This document shows, piece by piece, positions 12,141-23,910 of a stretch of 64,000 bases of DNA. The stretch is from positions 372,806,001 to 372,870,000 of the forward strand of contig OZ024740.1 of NCBI GenBank assembly GCA_964016885.1, in the 5' to 3' direction. The notes beneath the pieces are model-generated. The model ran no database searches, had not been told where the DNA came from, and saw only the letters and a list, made by a program, of their open reading frames with translations. The stretch's first letter is position 1, and each line of letters opens with the position of its first letter. Both the position numbers and the translations under genes were made by a program. Source of the DNA: Eledone cirrhosa (lineage: Eukaryota).

Positions 12141-13792
12141 TAGACGAAAATGTAATTTGCACAGTTAAAACTAGAGACAAAGTATTTAATTATATTGGTG
12201 CAACTTCTACAAAATTTAAAGAACGCTGGTCTAACCATAAACACACATTTAATAGATCCGATAAAAAATCTTCCACTTTACTTTCACATTTAATTTGGAA
12301 CTTAAAAGACAACAATATAGACTATTCAATATCTTGGGGAACGATTTCGAAAGCACCTGCATACCGAAATATGGCTTTCTCAAGATTCTGTAACTTGTGT
12401 ATCGAGGAAATGTTTTATATTATTAACTGTCAAAACTATATTAATCTAAAAACAGAATTATTTTCAAGTTGCAGACATCGCCAAAATTCCACTTTCAGAA
12501 GTATTTTTAATTCATGATATTCATTACACTTGACTATATCTTATACACATTCAAAATGATCCTATTTTCTTTAAAAAATTAAATTTAAATATTTTTAAAT
12601 ATCTCCTTCTTAATTTGTTTAATATTTCTACTATTTTTACCATTTGACATTAATTCTTTATTTTTTCATATATTTTAAACTGTTTTTAACTTTTGACATT
12701 ATTTACCTAATGATACCCCTCTAAATGTATTTTTTTAGATGTAGATTGATAATCTTTAATTGACATTCTGAAAGTTTATACTCTTTACGATAGCTCTTCG
12801 AAATGCACATTACTATTTTCCTCTTCTTTTGATCTTCAAACTTTCAAACATCTTTCGACTAAAATATTATATATTTGAAATTAATCTCACACAAAATAAT
12901 ATATAATTCTCTCTATATATTTTCTGAGTAAATCATTGATCAAATTTAACGGTTAACAAACAAGATTGGAGTTATCTTTCCCTTTTCAAACGTGGAAATA
13001 TAAACATTATATTATAATATAATATGTATGATAACATATATAACTTCGCTGAATTAATAATATGCTGAAAACATGTTCAATGTTGGAACATAATATTTGA
13101 ATCTACTAATTGCTCTCCCCTTATAACTTGAACTACGTGCTTTTTATGTAAGATGTGAAATCAACATCCTTCGTAACTCATATTAGAAATGTAAACAACT
13201 AATAATTGTAAATTATTTCTATTTCTATAATGCTTATACATGCACAATTATTAATCTATATAGATATTTATATACTTACAACCTATTATCATGTAATAAG
13301 ATAAAATCTACTTACAACCATAAATCTTAATATAATGTAATTGATTATATATATAATATTATAACTCATAATATAGCTAAATAAATTTAAATTCTGGAAT
13401 CATGTTCCACCATTCCCACAAATTTTTAATTCCTTTTAAATTAACGTAAATACAAACTCTTCTTTCTTTTTTTCTTCTTCCTACTTATACATGCATATAT
13501 CCTAATTATTTAAATTCTGCATAGCGTCTAAAATACCGTTGTTTCAGCTCTATACCTCAACTTCATTTGCTTGTTCATCCTAATAATTTGAAATATATGA
13601 CTTTTCTTCTATTTTCCCTTCACTATCCAAGGAAAACTTGAACAGTTAAGGTATCTTTTCTTGGTTATGTCAAAATTTATAAACAACCTTTGTATTTTAT
13701 CTGATGAAAGCATACCAAAGTGTTGGTACCCTTGAAATATATATAACATAATAAATATGATTTTATAAATATAGTTTCCATTTATTTAATAT
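12141..13792 (+). mobile_element. 5'-truncated Penelope-like element: GIY-YIG endonuclease end, 3' region and hammerhead
   Basis: 12141-12517 translates as NVICTVKTRDKVFNYIGATSTKFKERWSNHKHTF...LSHLIWNLK...CNLCIEE...ELFSSCRH. Hammerhead at 13693-13753. Confidence 0.8.
13693..13753 (+). ncRNA. Type I minimal hammerhead ribozyme-like motif
   Basis: TATTTTAT CTGATGA AAG CATACC-AAAGTGTT-GGTACC CTT GAAA TATATA TA ACATAATA. Related to 28945-29010 and ~46420-46490. Confidence 0.65.
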
Positions 13793-13888
13793 CATTGAAT
13801 ATTATATTCCAGAAAACTTGTCGAGTGCTCTGAATCGTTATAAACATTTATATTTGTTGAATTACCAACAAATTGAATATCCTTTTTG

Positions 13889-13977
<89 letters not shown>

Positions 13978-13985
13978 ACACATAA

Positions 13986-14034
<49 letters not shown>

Positions 14035-14228
14035 TATATATATATAAACGTTTGGAGCTGGAAGGCCAACACAATGAAGTTATGGATATAGAATATAAAT
14101 GCAAATGCAAAAGACATTGTTGACAATTAGTTAAATTTATTTAAATATCCTTAACTTTCGAGATGATATCTCTTCTTCGGAGCGAAGTAAAGGGTTTAAT
14201 CCAGTGTTATAATTACTATAATCACACC

Positions 14229-14263
<35 letters not shown>

Positions 14264-14264
<1 letters not shown>

Positions 14265-14891
14265 AGTTGCATTTATCTTGCTTTATGTTCATACGAGTTA
14301 TCACCAAGTCACAACCAGTGACCTCAAGAGACAACAAGGTCCGCCATGTTCAAGAAAGAACATACATACTCACACATGCAGCTTTAGTGTTTAGACTTGT
14401 GATGTACTTATATTGACAGAATCTTCCTTAGTATATGGGCAGTTCCCATTAGTACTATCTTTTGTATTTCTCCTATACGCGGGTTTCCTGGGATTTGCGA
14501 TAAGTAATCATTAGACTCCTTAGGTATCATTCCCAGAGCGCCTACAACCACTGGTATTGTTTTAGTTCTCAATTTCCACATTTTTCCAATTTCTATCTCC
14601 AGGTCCTTATACTTGCTCAATTTTTCAAATGTTTTTATAGATACATTCTTGTCTATTGGAACAGACATATCAATTAGCAGGCATACCCTGTTTTTAAAGT
14701 CCTTCAATATTATATCAGGTCTATTTGCATCTATTTTTCGGTCTGTTTGGATGCTAAAGTTCCACAAGATTGAGATGTGATCTTTTTCAAGTATGGGAGG
14801 TGGTTGATGCTCCCACCAATTCTTTTGATGGGGCAGGTCAACATGCTTACACATTATCCAATGTATGTATTGTGCAGCTCTGTCATGCCTG

Positions 14892-14892
<1 letters not shown>
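14264..14892 (-). mobile_element. Dong/R4-clade non-LTR retrotransposon 3' fragment (restriction-like endonuclease) in (TAA)n
   Basis: ORF 14408-14854 with upstream RHD: WNFSIQTD..NRPDIIL..LLIDMSVP..EKLSKYKDL..PVVVGALG. (TTA)n on both sides. Confidence 0.9.
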
Positions 14893-14948
<56 letters not shown>

Positions 14949-15160
14949 GGTGACCTACGTAGTAAATCGTATCATCGTGAGCTCCGCAAAGGTTTGTTAT
15001 TTTCAGGTGTTTAAAATTGCCATTTATGGAAAAGTTTTATTGTTACCTGTATATAAGCACATACATTGATTTCTGAAAAGGACACTAAAAAATATTGGGG
15101 TCTTGAGCCCAAAATTTAAAATTTTATAATTATCAAACAAAAATTTTTCTTTGAAAAATC

Positions 15161-17100
15161 ATGGATGTCTCAGAGTCACTCCTTCCTCACACTCTAACAC
15201 CTCACGCCGACACCACCATTGTAAATATTGCTACATTTGCCAACACTGGAAATGTAAGCAGTACCAATATTTTAAATTTGTCTCTGGCTGACGTTCATTT
15301 CCCGCCATTACCAATGACTGCAGGTGTTAAAGCCGCCACCACCACTACCACCGCCACAACCACCACTCCCACCATCACCTCAGCGACAACAGAAACAAAA
15401 GAAAAAAAATTAACTCGTGATATCGAAATGAATTCAACCAAAATGAACTCTTCCACACCGAACCCCACTGACGCCACCACCACCGCAACTGAAACTAAAA
15501 TTAACAATAGCAAAAATAACGATAACAACAACAGCAACAATTAAATTAAGAAAACTGAGTTTTGCCAGAGTAGCAAAAACGTGCGAAGCGATCCAGGTAA
15601 CTCAGGAGGAATTAGAAGAAGCCGAAGGAATGGTAAAGAAAGATGGGTACAGGGTCATCCTCCCCCTCCCCCCACACCTAATAAAATGGAGCAACGTCGC
15701 CTATGCACCGTGTCTTATCGGACAATTAACATAAAATTGCGCTGAGTGGAACGGGCATCCGAGTCCCAAATCCAAAATGCTTTGGGACATGTGTCGGCAA
15801 AAAAACACACATCAGACGTGGGCAGAAGTATGGAACCGTGGACGTGTTCTTTGAAACACCACAGGAGGCCAGAGAACACTCCATGGCCCCATTAAGAAGT
15901 GACGACTTCACACTCGTCCCAAGCTATTGTGGCCAGAGACTTGTGAAGATCAGGGTGACCCACGTTCCACCGGCCATCGAAATTCCCTGGCTAATGGCGG
16001 CCGTCCTCGCCGGCATCGAGGCCAACACCAAAATAATATAAATAGCAAAAGAAAAGCAGGAGAACTGGTCCGGATCTGGGATGGAGCTCCTGATCCAAGC
16101 GGACCATAAAAGCATTGAGGAGATCCCAGAGGTAATAGACCTCACTGACGGCAGCCACCTCACCGTAATCGTCGAGGGCAGAAGACCTAGGTGTGTCGTT
16201 TGTGGAGAAGGAACCCACCTAAGGGCTTTCTGCCCTCAGGCTAAAAGGTTGAGGCCACCTCTCTTACCCACACCAGTGACTCAACCATCAACAGCACCAG
16301 CAGCAGAAATGGCAGCAACAACTGTAGCAGCAACAACAGAAGCAACTGTAACAGCAACAACCCCAGCAACAGTAGCAAAACCAACACCACCACCACTCAA
16401 CTCGCCAGAACTAGCACCAGCGCCTACACCATCCACCACGCCACAACCAAAACCAACGCCTGTGGAGGAATTTTCCACTCCTCGGCTTATCGCAACTGGA
16501 GACAGATTGTGACGACGAGGAGTGGGAAACGGTATCATAAAAAAAAAAGAAACCAAAAAAGAAAAAAATTCTCTTCCTTCCCCCTCCAAAAACAAAATAC
16601 AGAGGGAAACAAATAAATTAACAAACAAAAAAGTTAGGACAGATATGCCACCATCCACACCAGCATCACCAACCCCATCACCCCAAACACCAACACCATC
16701 ACCATCATTAACCCCAACACCACCATCACCTACACCACAAATATCACCAAAATGCGAAACAGAAACAAGCCCACAACAAACGCAAACAAAACAAAACAAC
16801 CAAAACGATACACACTACACAGCATTAAATTTGAACAACAAGCAATTATTACACTACATCCAACACAACACCAGCATCACAGAAAAAGACTACACAACAA
16901 TCCCAACATTCACACCACCTCCACACATACAAATCACTCGCATCACACAGAAAACGTACATGACACTAAAACAAAAATTCCCCAAAGACATTGGAGACTT
17001 CCGACAAGCACTCTCCAGGAGTTTTATAAGGACATCCTTCCTGAGGAGGCCACAAGCAGTGACAAGGATGGACAAACCGTCCTTCCTCTACGAGATGTAA
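15161..17100 (+). pseudogene. Tx1 copy 1 ORF1 (gag-like, zinc knuckle, Pro/Thr-rich), interrupted
   Basis: ORF pieces 15161, 15838, 16081 and 16522 are homologous to 22295-23875. Confidence 0.8.
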
Positions 17101-17139
17101 GGGAAGTGGACTTTCCCATCTTTTCCACTCTATTTCAAC

Positions 17140-20100
17140 ATGACCTCACTCAGAATAGGCAGCATAAATGCGAATGGCTTGGGGTCGTCATGGAAGCAGG
17201 GCCACCTGCTCAACGACCTAAGGTCACTAAACATAGATGTAGTGGCCATCAGCGAGACCAGAATCTCCGAAGCACGGGCCTTCACACCGATGTTCGGCGG
17301 CTACGGGTGTACGCATCTCCCAGTCGTCCGGGATCGGGGGAGGAGTTGCTGTGCTTTTTCGGAGAGGTTTGGATCTCGCCATACGGGCCATCTTCCTGGA
17401 CCCAGAAGGTAAGTTGGTGGTGCTGGACGTGACCAGCGGAGACGGGCAAGCTTTCAGGTTAGTAGCCGTCTATGCTCGGACAGGAGCAGGGCGGTCTGAT
17501 TTCTTCCGGTGTCTGGAGACCTTTCTTGGAACGTCCCGCTCTTTAGTGTTAGTGGGCGACTGGAACGGGATCTTAGATGCACGCTGGGAATGTGTGGGAT
17601 TAGTGGATAGGGGGGGGGGGTGTAAGAGCCTCACCAACCTGCTCAGGCGTTCTGAACTGTCTGACAGGTACCGATTGGATTTCCCAAATGTACCAATGTG
17701 GACTTGGAAAAATCGCATAGCGTCATCCAGATGATATCTAGATAGAATATTTTGTAGGGAAATAGATAGGTCTAGCATAGGTAGTCCACAATTCAAGATA
17801 GTCAGCTACACGGACCACAAACGCGTGATCTGTGTGTTTGACTTAGATAGGCTTCATAGACGAGGAACCAGCTACTGGAAGCTAAACGCGTCCTTACCAG
17901 CTCGCAAGGCCGGATTAGCGAACTAGTTAAGCGGGCGTTGACGGGGGCCTTCGTCAACAACAAGTGGTGGTTTGCAATGAAATGAGCAATTAGAATAGAG
18001 TCCATTAGGTTTAGTAAGGCTTTAGTAAGGCAATAGAGAAAAATAGAGCAGAGGGAGAACTAGTTAGAAAGTTTGACGAGGCGCTTAGCAAAGGTATCGC
18101 GACCGACGTACTTGCGGCGAAATTGGCCCTTGACCAATTCTTCAATGCAAAGCACGAAGGCTGCGTTGTCAGAGCTAGGGTGCGTGCGCTCAGACACGAG
18201 GGGACGAAAGCCGTTCAATAGGCCCGAGTAGCGGAGGCGCGTCGTGGCAACAAAGCCACGATCCGGTCTTTGGTGGACCACGACGGGCGCATGGTACTCG
18301 ATCCCGGGCAAATGTGTGAAGCTTTTCAGCGACACTTCGCTCAACTGTTCAGGGGCAGCGGCGGGCCGGATCGAGGGATGGATTTTAGTGTCTACCTCGA
18401 CGGGCTGCCGCGGCTCTCGGCCACTGAGGCGGAGTGTTGCGAAAAGCCGATAACAGCCGCTGAAGTAAGGGAAGCAATGACTGGCTGCACAAGGGGTAAA
18501 TCGCCTGGTTCTGGATGGTCTGCCCTATGAACTTTACGTACAGATGACAGACTTGTTCGGAGGCCTCTTGGCGGACGTCTACTGCAACTGGCAACAGAAC
18601 GGAAGAATTTCCAGTTCTGTGAGCCGAGGAGCGGTGGCACTTCTGAGAAAGGATCCGAAAAAGGGAGATAACATAGATAATTTCCGGCCCATAACTCTGC
18701 TCAACACAGAGTTCAAGATTTTGGCCAAGGTGCTAGCAAAGAGGTTGGCGCTTGTCGTTGGTGCGTCTGGTGGGAGAGGCGCAGACATGCGCCATTCCCG
18801 ACAGATCCATCCACGACAACCTCCACCTCATGCGATACATCGTAGAGAGGGTAGCTAGGGAACCTGGCACGGGTGGGTCCTTGATCAATTTAGATCAATC
18901 GAAAGCTTTCGATAGAGTCGACCATCGTTACCTAGCGGCAGTCCTGAGGGCGGCTGGCTTTGGTCCCGTCTTCAGAGGCTGGATCGCTGCCATGCACAGC
19001 GACATCTGCTCTGTGGTGAGAGTGAACGGTCACCTTTCGGAACCGTTCAACATCATGCGCTCGGTCCGCCAAGGATGTCCGCTCTCGTCCCTCTTGTACG
19101 TATTGACTCTCGAGCCATTACTACACAAACTGGAGACGTTGAGGGGCGTCCCGCGCGAACTAGGATGCGGAAGATCCGTGTCAGCATAATCGGACGATGT
19201 CACCGTAGTGGTGTCGAACGCCAAACACATCGCGGCGATCGGCACTACACTAAGAGAATACGAAGCGGTGACAGGAGCAATGATCAACCATGAAAAGTCA
19301 GTGGGCCTGCAGCTCGGCACCTGGAGAGGCAGGTCCATGCTGTCCAACAGCGTCGTCGGACGCTGGACGGAAGGACCGGTTAAGTTGCTAGGGATCTGGT
19401 TCGGTCCGGACCTCCAGACGGAGAAAAACTGGGACGAGGTGACGAGCAGGGTGGCTTCTCTCACCCAGAAATGGGCGGAGAGGAAGCTGTCCCTGAAAGG
19501 TCGAGCGGAGGTGGTTAAGGCGTACATCGCCTCTGTCATCTGCTACCGCCTGACCGTCGTACCTTGTCCTAAGCCCCGCCTGACTGCGCTGGAGCGTGTG
19601 CTCTTTCGCTTTTTGTGGAAGGGACGCGCTCCGATGGTCAGGCGGTCCATCTGCTGTCGGGAATGCCGTGGCTGATGATGCGCAGACACGCGCTCAGGCT
19701 ACGACATCTCCACCTCTTCCTCGACGGTGATCAGGTGTGGTCGCCGTTTGCTGGACACGTATTTCCCCAGCTCGTTTCCTTGACGGAGCTGGAGTCCCGG
19801 GTCAAGCGAAGACCGAGAGGGAGCGCCTGGAGACTGGAATGTCTTCAGGCGCTCACAGCCCTCGACCAATCGGGCAATGTGATCGGTGGAAACTCCACCT
19901 CGGCGTTCTATAGAGGATTAGTGGAGTGGAAGAGCGACGACGAACTTGGGGAAACTCTAGGCGTCGACGAAAATCAACTAGCCAATCTCTTCGGAAGAAC
20001 TTTCGGGCCGGGACCTATGGACAACTTCCAGAAATGTCTGGCTTGGCAGTGCTACCGAGGAGCCTTGCCAGTTGGGGATAACCTCTACAGGCATGGAGGT

Positions 20101-20530
20101 GCCGTCAGCCGGGCATGTCCGAGATGAGCGCAGGGCGACGAAACCGTCCTGCACGCACTCATCCAGTGTCCGAAAATTGCTGACTTGTGGGTTTATGTCG
20201 AACACCTGCTGTCGCGTGTAGGACGAATCCGGCTATCATCTGAGTCCATCGTGAGAATTGCCCCGCCCTCTTCCTTTAGCCGGGAATGGCAGGCCGTTTT
20301 TATCTGTCTGGTGGCCATGGCAAAGAGATAGTATGGTGGACACGTTTGAAAGGGCTGAAGACGAGCACTTACCTCTTCGGTGATGCCCTGATTGACTTTT
20401 TCAAATTTCATTTGAAAAGGAAAATCAGAGTAGAGAGGGAAGTGCTCTCTTCCCAGCATTTGTTAAAAGATGGGTGAGAGAAGCAAGAATGGCTCGAGTG
20501 AATGGGCCTACTCTGAGTATATATCTGTAA
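17140..20530 (+). pseudogene. Tx1 copy 1 ORF2 (APE-RT), multiple frameshifts and stops
   Basis: ORF pieces from 17140 to 20477. The catalytic YADD-type position reads TAA-TCG-GAC-GAT. Confidence 0.9.
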
Positions 20531-20825
20531 ATTAAAGGTGGAAAACTGGGAAGGGCACTTGCCCTGGTGGTCAGGGTCACTATGGTCTTTTAATGGGCTT
20601 TCTCCACAAATGTCCCTCGGAAGTCTCCCCCCTATTGGGGAATTTTTCTTTGTTATTTTATTACATCCTCTGTTTTTTTTTTACACGCAGAAATGCCCAT
20701 TTGTACCGTCTTGTATTGTCATGTACTGTTCTTAATGTCTACTTCATGTAAACCCTTGTGGTTAATAAAGAAAACATTATTATTATTATTATTAATATTA
20801 TTATTATTATTATTATTATTATTAT

Positions 20826-21526
20826 CCTTTGAGTCTCAGTCATTGATGTTAGTTAACTGGAAAGTTTGTTGAAATTAATATCAAGCCACTACCTGCAGCC
20901 TCAGATATTCAGGACGTATCAGAGGGTTCTTGCTGTTCTCAGCAAGCATTCCTTTTGAACCGTTCCAAAAAGCGTGGCGGGGTCAATTTTCTTTAACCAT
21001 CCCTGTAAACTTTTTGACATAGTACCTAGTGCGCCTATGACAATCGGGACCACTTTGACTTATGGCAGTTCCAAATCCCTTTTACCTCCCACTTTAAGTC
21101 CTGGTATCGGTTAATTTTCTCCCTCCCCTTCTCTTGCACTCTCGTGTCGAATGGGCAGGCCACATCCACAATCAGGCACGATCTTTTTTCCTTGTCCAAA
21201 ACCACCAGGTCAGGTGTATTGTGTTCCAGTTTCTTGTCCGTCTGTATCCTAAAATCCCACATCATCTTCACCTGATCGTTTTCTATCACCGACTCTGGCT
21301 TATGCTCATACCACTTCTCAGAATGTGGTAAATTGTTTACTTTGCATAGGTGCCAGTGGATCACCCTGCCCATCACATCATGTCTCCAGCCTTTATAGTG
21401 AGTCTGGGCTAGGTGTTTACATTCGGATACAATGTGAGCCATAGTCTCCTCTCTCTCTCTCCACACGTCCTGCACAGTGGGCTAGCCTCCTCCTTGTAAA
21501 TATGGTGTTTCAACTACTTCGTTTTA
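20826..21526 (-). mobile_element. Second, different Dong/R4-clade 3' fragment in (TAA)n
   Basis: ORF 21035-21475: ETMAHIVSEC (CCHC end), RHD, WDFRIQTD..NTPDLVV..IVDVACP..EKINRYQDL. (TTA)n on both sides. Confidence 0.9.
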
Positions 21527-21562
<36 letters not shown>

Positions 21563-21780
21563 GAATGCTATGGTTGACGGAGGCTCGGCTCTGTAAGGTA
21601 CTGTAAATTTTGAACGCTATAACAATTGTAAATTGTTTAAAACTCAGACCAACTTGTAGACAAATACACCCTCCTCCTCGTGAGAGGGGTCTTTCTGCCC
21701 GTTATTTGGCCCTTCGGGGTTAAATAACTGCTTATTGGGGTTTTGTACCCAATATTTATTTTAAACAAAAAAAAAACAAC

Positions 21781-23875
21781 ATGGCTACGAAAAAGAATTT
21801 GCATAGGTCACTCCCACTCATTCCGTCTTCTTCTTCCTCAATCATCACTACAGCAGAGAAAAGATTGTCTCTCTCCCTCCCTTCTTTAAATGTGTCTCTC
21901 TCCCTCCCTTCTCTTTCGCAAGCGACGAAAGAAAAGAAAAGTCTCGTGCAAAGCGTGCAAGGTTTCTCCACGACGACGACGACAGCGACGAAACAGGTGT
22001 GCGGGAAATACGAAAACCCAGTTCATTCGTCTGACGTCAGGAATAATAGCAGTAGCAGCTGTAATAACAACAGCAACAGTGACAATGAAAACAACAGTAG
22101 CAGCCGCAACAGCATCACCAGCAGCATAAACAACAACAGCATTAGCAGCAGCAACACCAACAACAACCACAGCAACAGCGGCGAAGGCAGTAGTCGTAGT
22201 ACCTGCAGCAACAAAAAAGTAACAGAGCTCTGACGACAACAACAACAACAGGAGCAAAGAAAAACCAATCTCATTTGCAGGTATTGCGAAAAACTTGGAA
22301 ACAATCCTCATAACAAATGAGGAATTAGAGGAAGCGAAGAAGATGGTGACAAAGAATGGACACCGAGCAATCTGCAAGGCAGCGGAAACATTTTTCGAAA
22401 CCCAACAGCACTGTACGGTCACGTACCGTACAGTAAGTACAAAATCCCGTAGGGTGGAAAGAGCCACAGAGGCCCAAATACAAAAAGCCTTGGAGTCTGT
22501 GTGGCAGCGGAAAACGCACATCACCCGAGGCAAAAAATATGCCACCGTAGACGTACTTTTTGCCACACCCCAAGAGGCAAAGGCCCAATCCGTAGTGACC
22601 CTAAGGGGCGAGGAAATGGTGTTGGTGCCCTCCTACTGCGGGCAAAAAATTGTGAGGGTCAAACTGACCCACGTCCCCCCCGGAATGGCCCCTTCTTGGC
22701 TGGCCGCGTCTCTCCTCGTCGGAATCGAGGACAAAACAACTGTACTGCAAGTACAGAAAAAAGTAAGAGAAGATTGGGTCGGCACCTCCATTGAGATGCT
22801 AATTCAAACCAACCAGGAGTGCATCGAAGCTATCCCGGATGTGATAGACTTCGACAACGGCACTCAACTGCCCATAAGTGTTGAGGGCAAACGCCCGAAA
22901 TGCTTTCGCTGTGGATCGAAGACTCACCCCAGGGCCTTCTGCAACGAGAAGACCCTGAGAAAGGAGAAAACCCCCCTCCTTCCGAAACCGGCTCCACGGC
23001 TACCAGCAACAGGACAAGCGGCAACCAGGAACGATAGGTCCGTGGCACCCATACCCACGCCACGGAAATCAAAAACAGCAGCAGCAGTGGAAACATTAAC
23101 AACAACAACAGCAATACCAAATGCAGCTGCAACTCCAGTGCAAACATCACCAACAACAACAAGTGAAAGAGTGGAGCTGGTACCCCTCCCCGACCTCACA
23201 GAATCAGACATGGAGTGTGAGGTGGGAGAGGGATGGCAAAAGGTCGTAAGAAGGCACAAACGCAGAAGCAGCGCATCGTCGCCTTTGAAAAGGGAGGAAA
23301 GAAATGATAAAAGGGTAAAGTCTACTGCAAAGAGACCCAGAGCAGCAACACCACCAACACCATCACCACTCACACTAGCACCACCATCACCACCGGCGAC
23401 AACCCCACCGCCAACAACACCTTCAACACCACCACCACAAGCACCAACATCGCAAACACAACAACAAAACACACACACCCAGCAACAACGACAAGAAAAT
23501 AGCAGAACCTCACCCCACCCCCAGAAAAACAAATGCACGGCAATAAATACACACAACAAGAAACTAATGACTTACATAATTGAACACACAGACATTTCAC
23601 AACAGGACTACATAATACCAGCACCAATCAAAACGCCAACTAACATAAGACTGCTAAAAATAGCACAGAAACAATACACAAACATTAAAACGAAATTCCC
23701 CAACGCGGTTGGTGATTTCAGGGACCTAGGAGGAACTATCAATCGAAGAGTATATTCAGACATTCTCTTAGAAGAGCCGACGACCAGCCGAAGGGACGAT
23801 TCAACGGTCCCTTCACCAGACGATCAAGTGAAAAGGGATGTAAAAACCATCCCTCCTCTACGAAAAGTACGGTAA
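21781..23875 (+). pseudogene. Tx1 copy 2 ORF1 (zinc knuckle); N-terminal frameshift, then 526 aa open
   Basis: ORFs 21781-22233 and 22295-23875; CX2CX4HX4C motif. Confidence 0.8.
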
Positions 23876-23910
23876 GTGGTCTTTCCCATCTTTTCCACTC
23901 TATTTTAAAC

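Larger units (their letters stand above)
14949..20775 (+). mobile_element. Full-length but inactivated Tx1/L1-clade LINE inserted in (TTA)n (copy 1)
   Basis: ORF1 with CCHC knuckle CVVCGEGTHLRAFC. ORF2 with APE (GSINANGL, AISETR, GDWN), RT (NFRPITLLN, DQSKAFDRVDH, RQGCPLS) and a C-terminal zinc-finger remnant. AATAAA then (ATT)n. Confidence 0.92.

Noticed and set aside
16281-23627. Antisense Val/Gly-rich ORFs (16281-16799, 21886-22566, 22924-23559)
   Set aside because: Shadows of the C/A-rich, low-complexity ORF1 on the plus strand.
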